From a virus: a DNA stretch of 64,000 nucleotides. The translations under genes were made by a program, and so were the position numbers. Positions 61,796-64,000 of the stretch are shown in pieces. The stretch's first letter is position 1. Each line of letters starts with the position of its first letter. The notes beneath the pieces were generated by a model that ran no database searches, was not told the DNA's origin, and saw nothing but the letters and a program-made list of their open reading frames with translations. Location of the stretch: positions 1,094 to 65,093 of the IMG/VR virus record IMGVR_UViG_2936028420_000001. One strand, 5' to 3'.

Positions 61796-62094
61796 GGCTT
61801 GCGCTCCATGATGACGTGGAGCGGCCTCAGCGACATGGCGCGGATTTGCTGCGAGGCGTAATGGTCGACTCCGCGGGAGAAGGTCTCCGCCTGGGACTGC
61901 ATCGCATCGCGAAGCAGCATCATCAGGTCCATCCGGAAGCGCTCAGGATCTTCGTGCCAATGGGCCTCTTTCGGGGTCGGCGCCCACAGCGTCACGAAAC
62001 GGCGCAGGCTATCCTCGAACACATGGCGAGCCGGATACTCGCGGTGAGATCGCTCCATTGCCTGGGCGAGGGTTTCGGTCTCGGGCCCGCTCAT
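61792..62094 (-). CDS. Hypothetical protein
   Basis: Coupled, high GC3. Confidence 0.65.
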   Translation of the reverse strand: MSGPETETLAQAMERSHREYPARHVFEDSLRRFVTLWAPTPKEAHWHEDPERFRMDLMMLLRDAMQSQAETFSRGVDHYASQQIRAMSLRPLHVIMERKP

Positions 62095-62384
62095 CGCAGC
62101 ACCAGGGCGAGGCCGGCCTTGTCGAGCATGGCCTTGAAGGTGTCGACGGTACCGGGCATGCCGAGCGCGCTGTTGCCGGCTTCGATCAGTGCGGCGCCCA
62201 GGCGCTGGTCAATGATCTCGCGGCGTTCGTGCCCCAGGTAATCGTCCGGTCCCGGGCGTCGGAAAGTGCGACACTGCCCTTGGTTTGCAGGGGATTCCGC
62301 GGGTCCGTTATCGGCTCCGGCGGTGTCGCACCCATTGAAATCATTGGGCTGTGGTTGCCCTGCCACTCCTGCCAGATATTTCAA
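62091..62384 (-). CDS. Hypothetical protein spanning the att core
   Basis: Coding-like C-half coupled to downstream gene; start uncertain. Confidence 0.4.
   Translation of the reverse strand: MKYLAGVAGQPQPNDFNGCDTAGADNGPAESPANQGQCRTFRRPGPDDYLGHERREIIDQRLGAALIEAGNSALGMPGTVDTFKAMLDKAGLALVLR
62357..62374 (+). other. Putative attR core = duplicated tRNA 3' end (tRNA-Trp-like)
   Basis: GCCCTGCCACTCCTGCCA ends in G73-CCA and implies 5' AGGAGTG; flanked by CCATTGAAAT/ATTTCAATGG inverted repeat. Confidence 0.6.
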
Positions 62385-62447
62385 TGGCTTAAGCGGTTGT
62401 TTGCCTCGAACAGACGCTGAACTGGACCCAAGCTGGACCCAAGCGGC

Positions 62448-63176
62448 TTAGGACTCAAGAATTCCGGCAGAGATGGCGTTGATGACTGTCGCGACCGAGG
62501 TGTCGGCCGTCTGCTTGCGCTTGCGCTTCGCATAGTTCCTGAGGAGGACCGCCGGATCGTCGCCGATGCGCTCGGCCACGGTGTGCACCGGCATGCCCTT
62601 GTCCAGGAGCAGGGTAGCGTGTGTGCCGCGCAGGTGGTGAAACTCGAACCCGACGAAGCCGAGCGCGTCTGCACCGCGGCGAAACGACTTCGAGAACGCA
62701 CTTGGATCCCGTGGCTTGGCGAAGTCGAAGCTCTCGCCGGGGCCCGGCGCACCCGGGAAGATCAGAGCGTCATCCGGCAGCCGGACGAGGCTCAGGTCGA
62801 CGACGGCGCCGTCAGGGATGCCCGCCAACACGCGCTGGTGCTTCTCCCGCTCCGCCGTAAGCAGCGCGGCCGTTCCATCGTCCAGGGCGATCGTGCGCTT
62901 GCCCCGCCATGTCTTGGGCACCTTATACCGAACCCCGAACTTCTTGGTCACCTCCAGCGCACGCTCGACCCTGAGCGTCTTCGCCTGGGCGTCAAAGTCC
63001 GTCCAACGAAAGGCGAGCAATTCGTTGCGCCGGACACCCGTAGAGGCGTCGACCGCGATCGGGACATACATCGTCGCCGACGGCTTGAAGCCGCTCACCA
63101 GCGATTTGAGGATCTCCTCCAGACCGTTCGCTTGTCGCTTCGTGAGATTGCGAAGTACGGAAAGCGGGGGGCACAA
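62448..63176 (-). pseudogene. Truncated tyrosine integrase (catalytic domain only) of an older element
   Basis: TGVRRNE, PKT, HHLRGTH, NY motifs; N-terminal domains missing; box II His position reads GDD. Confidence 0.8.
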
Positions 63177-63557
63177 TGAAGCGCCGGCGCAGGATCCACC
63201 GAAAGCGAGACCGGCAGCGGCTGATGACGCACCGTCGGCGGTTGAAGCGGTAACCTGACGTCAATGGGTACCGCTTTACGATGTACCATCGCGGATTGGT
63301 GACGAGTACCGCGGTACGCATGGGCATTGAGAACCCGTCGGCTACCGGAGCCGGCGGGTTTTTCTGTTCGGAATGAGTTAGCGCCGCACTCACTTGCTAC
63401 CTGTGCCGGGGCAACGCCCTTGTCTCTCGTTGGAGGCGGCCGGTTCGTTCGGATGCCTACAGGAAAGACTCGCCGATCCATTTGCTCTGGAATACGTTGC
63501 TCGAGCTACGCGCATTTCGCGTGGCGAATTTTGAACAACGTATATTGGGAGCAGCAA

Positions 63558-63764
63558 ATGTCGATTATGAGAGCTTTTGCCCTGTTCGTAATTCTTGCAT
63601 TCGGAGGCGCCGTGATCGCCGCCGGGTTCATGACATCGCCGGCATCGGCTAACAAAATGGATGGTAAGCCTGGGGGCTATGGCTCTCGTACCACAGCGAA
63701 TTATGGTACCCCGAAGAGCGGCACAGCGAAACCGCCAACCGCGACGAAGAAGCCTCCGCAGTAA
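63558..63764 (+). CDS. Small exported Pro/Lys-rich protein (host or island remnant)
   Basis: Signal peptide ending ASA; GGGAG RBS. Confidence 0.6.
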   Translation: MSIMRAFALFVILAFGGAVIAAGFMTSPASANKMDGKPGGYGSRTTANYGTPKSGTAKPPTATKKPPQ

Positions 63765-63771
63765 GCCGTAC

Positions 63772-63795
63772 GGCCCGCCGGTTCGCTGGCGGGCC
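63772..63795 (+). terminator. Hairpin terminator
   Basis: GGCCCGCCGG-TTCG-CTGGCGGGCC. Confidence 0.55.
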
Positions 63796-64000
63796 TCTCT
63801 CCCAGGGCGAACTAGTGCTATAATGTGAGGATCGATTCTTCGGCAATCGGTTGGATGAGTCAATGCGCATCCATGTCCTTATGTGGGCAGGTTCGTTGAC
63901 CCTCTGCGGTCTCCTCATCTCAGCTTGCGCGCATTCAACTGATTCCAACTCGCCGTCAGCTATTCGCGCTGGGGCACCATGGGCGCGAGACCTCAACGAG

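Larger units (their letters stand above)
1..62374. mobile_element. Temperate podovirus-like prophage (DarB-bearing, architecture reminiscent of Bcep22-like phages)
   Basis: Complete module set from int to tail and lysis; no tape measure or sheath; left end outside window. Confidence 0.9.

Noticed and set aside
62357-62374. Complete tRNA gene
   Set aside because: Only the 3' ~18 nt are present; no D or anticodon arm. No full tRNA or rRNA seen in the window.
62448-63176. Second functional integrase of this prophage
   Set aside because: Lacks N-terminal domains, has Asp at the box II His position and lies outside the putative attR.
1-64000. CRISPR array, DGR or retron
   Set aside because: No regularly spaced repeat-spacer units and no reverse transcriptase motif seen.

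Overview
The window is almost entirely one apparently intact temperate podovirus-type prophage (~62.4 kb visible) in a high-GC alphaproteobacterium, probably Bradyrhizobium-like (inference). Its left end, with most of the integrase, lies just outside the window. Layout: (i) leftward early operon 5843->1 (HNH-Cro fusion, N6-adenine MTase, small Zn-finger ORFs, xis-like gene, int N-terminus); (ii) control region 5865-6325 built on a ribbon-helix-helix repressor with GATATAG operators; (iii) rightward recombination/accessory operon 6326-14443 (DEDDh exonuclease, ERF, NinB, HNH); (iv) leftward arm 62.3 kb->14.4 kb: YfdP/Q-like pair, replication initiator, TerS/TerL, portal, scaffold, N4-gp56-like capsid, tail adaptor/nozzle, ejection proteins, a 4050-aa polyvalent DarB-like protein, GH19 lysin, overlapping spanins, holin-like gene and GH16/SGNH putative receptor-binding proteins. 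A tRNA-3'-end-like att core at 62357-62374 marks the likely right end, followed by a truncated integrase of an older element. Most striking observations: (1) the giant gene carries at least four complete same-strand genes nested in its +1 frame (one an HNH endonuclease), with the giant frame staying open through all of them; (2) a CCATCAC heptamer occurs in clusters on the mRNA-like strand at about 20 translation starts across the phage; (3) an RHH-based genetic switch with no classical CI. All calls come from reading the sequence and recognising motifs; no database searches were run.
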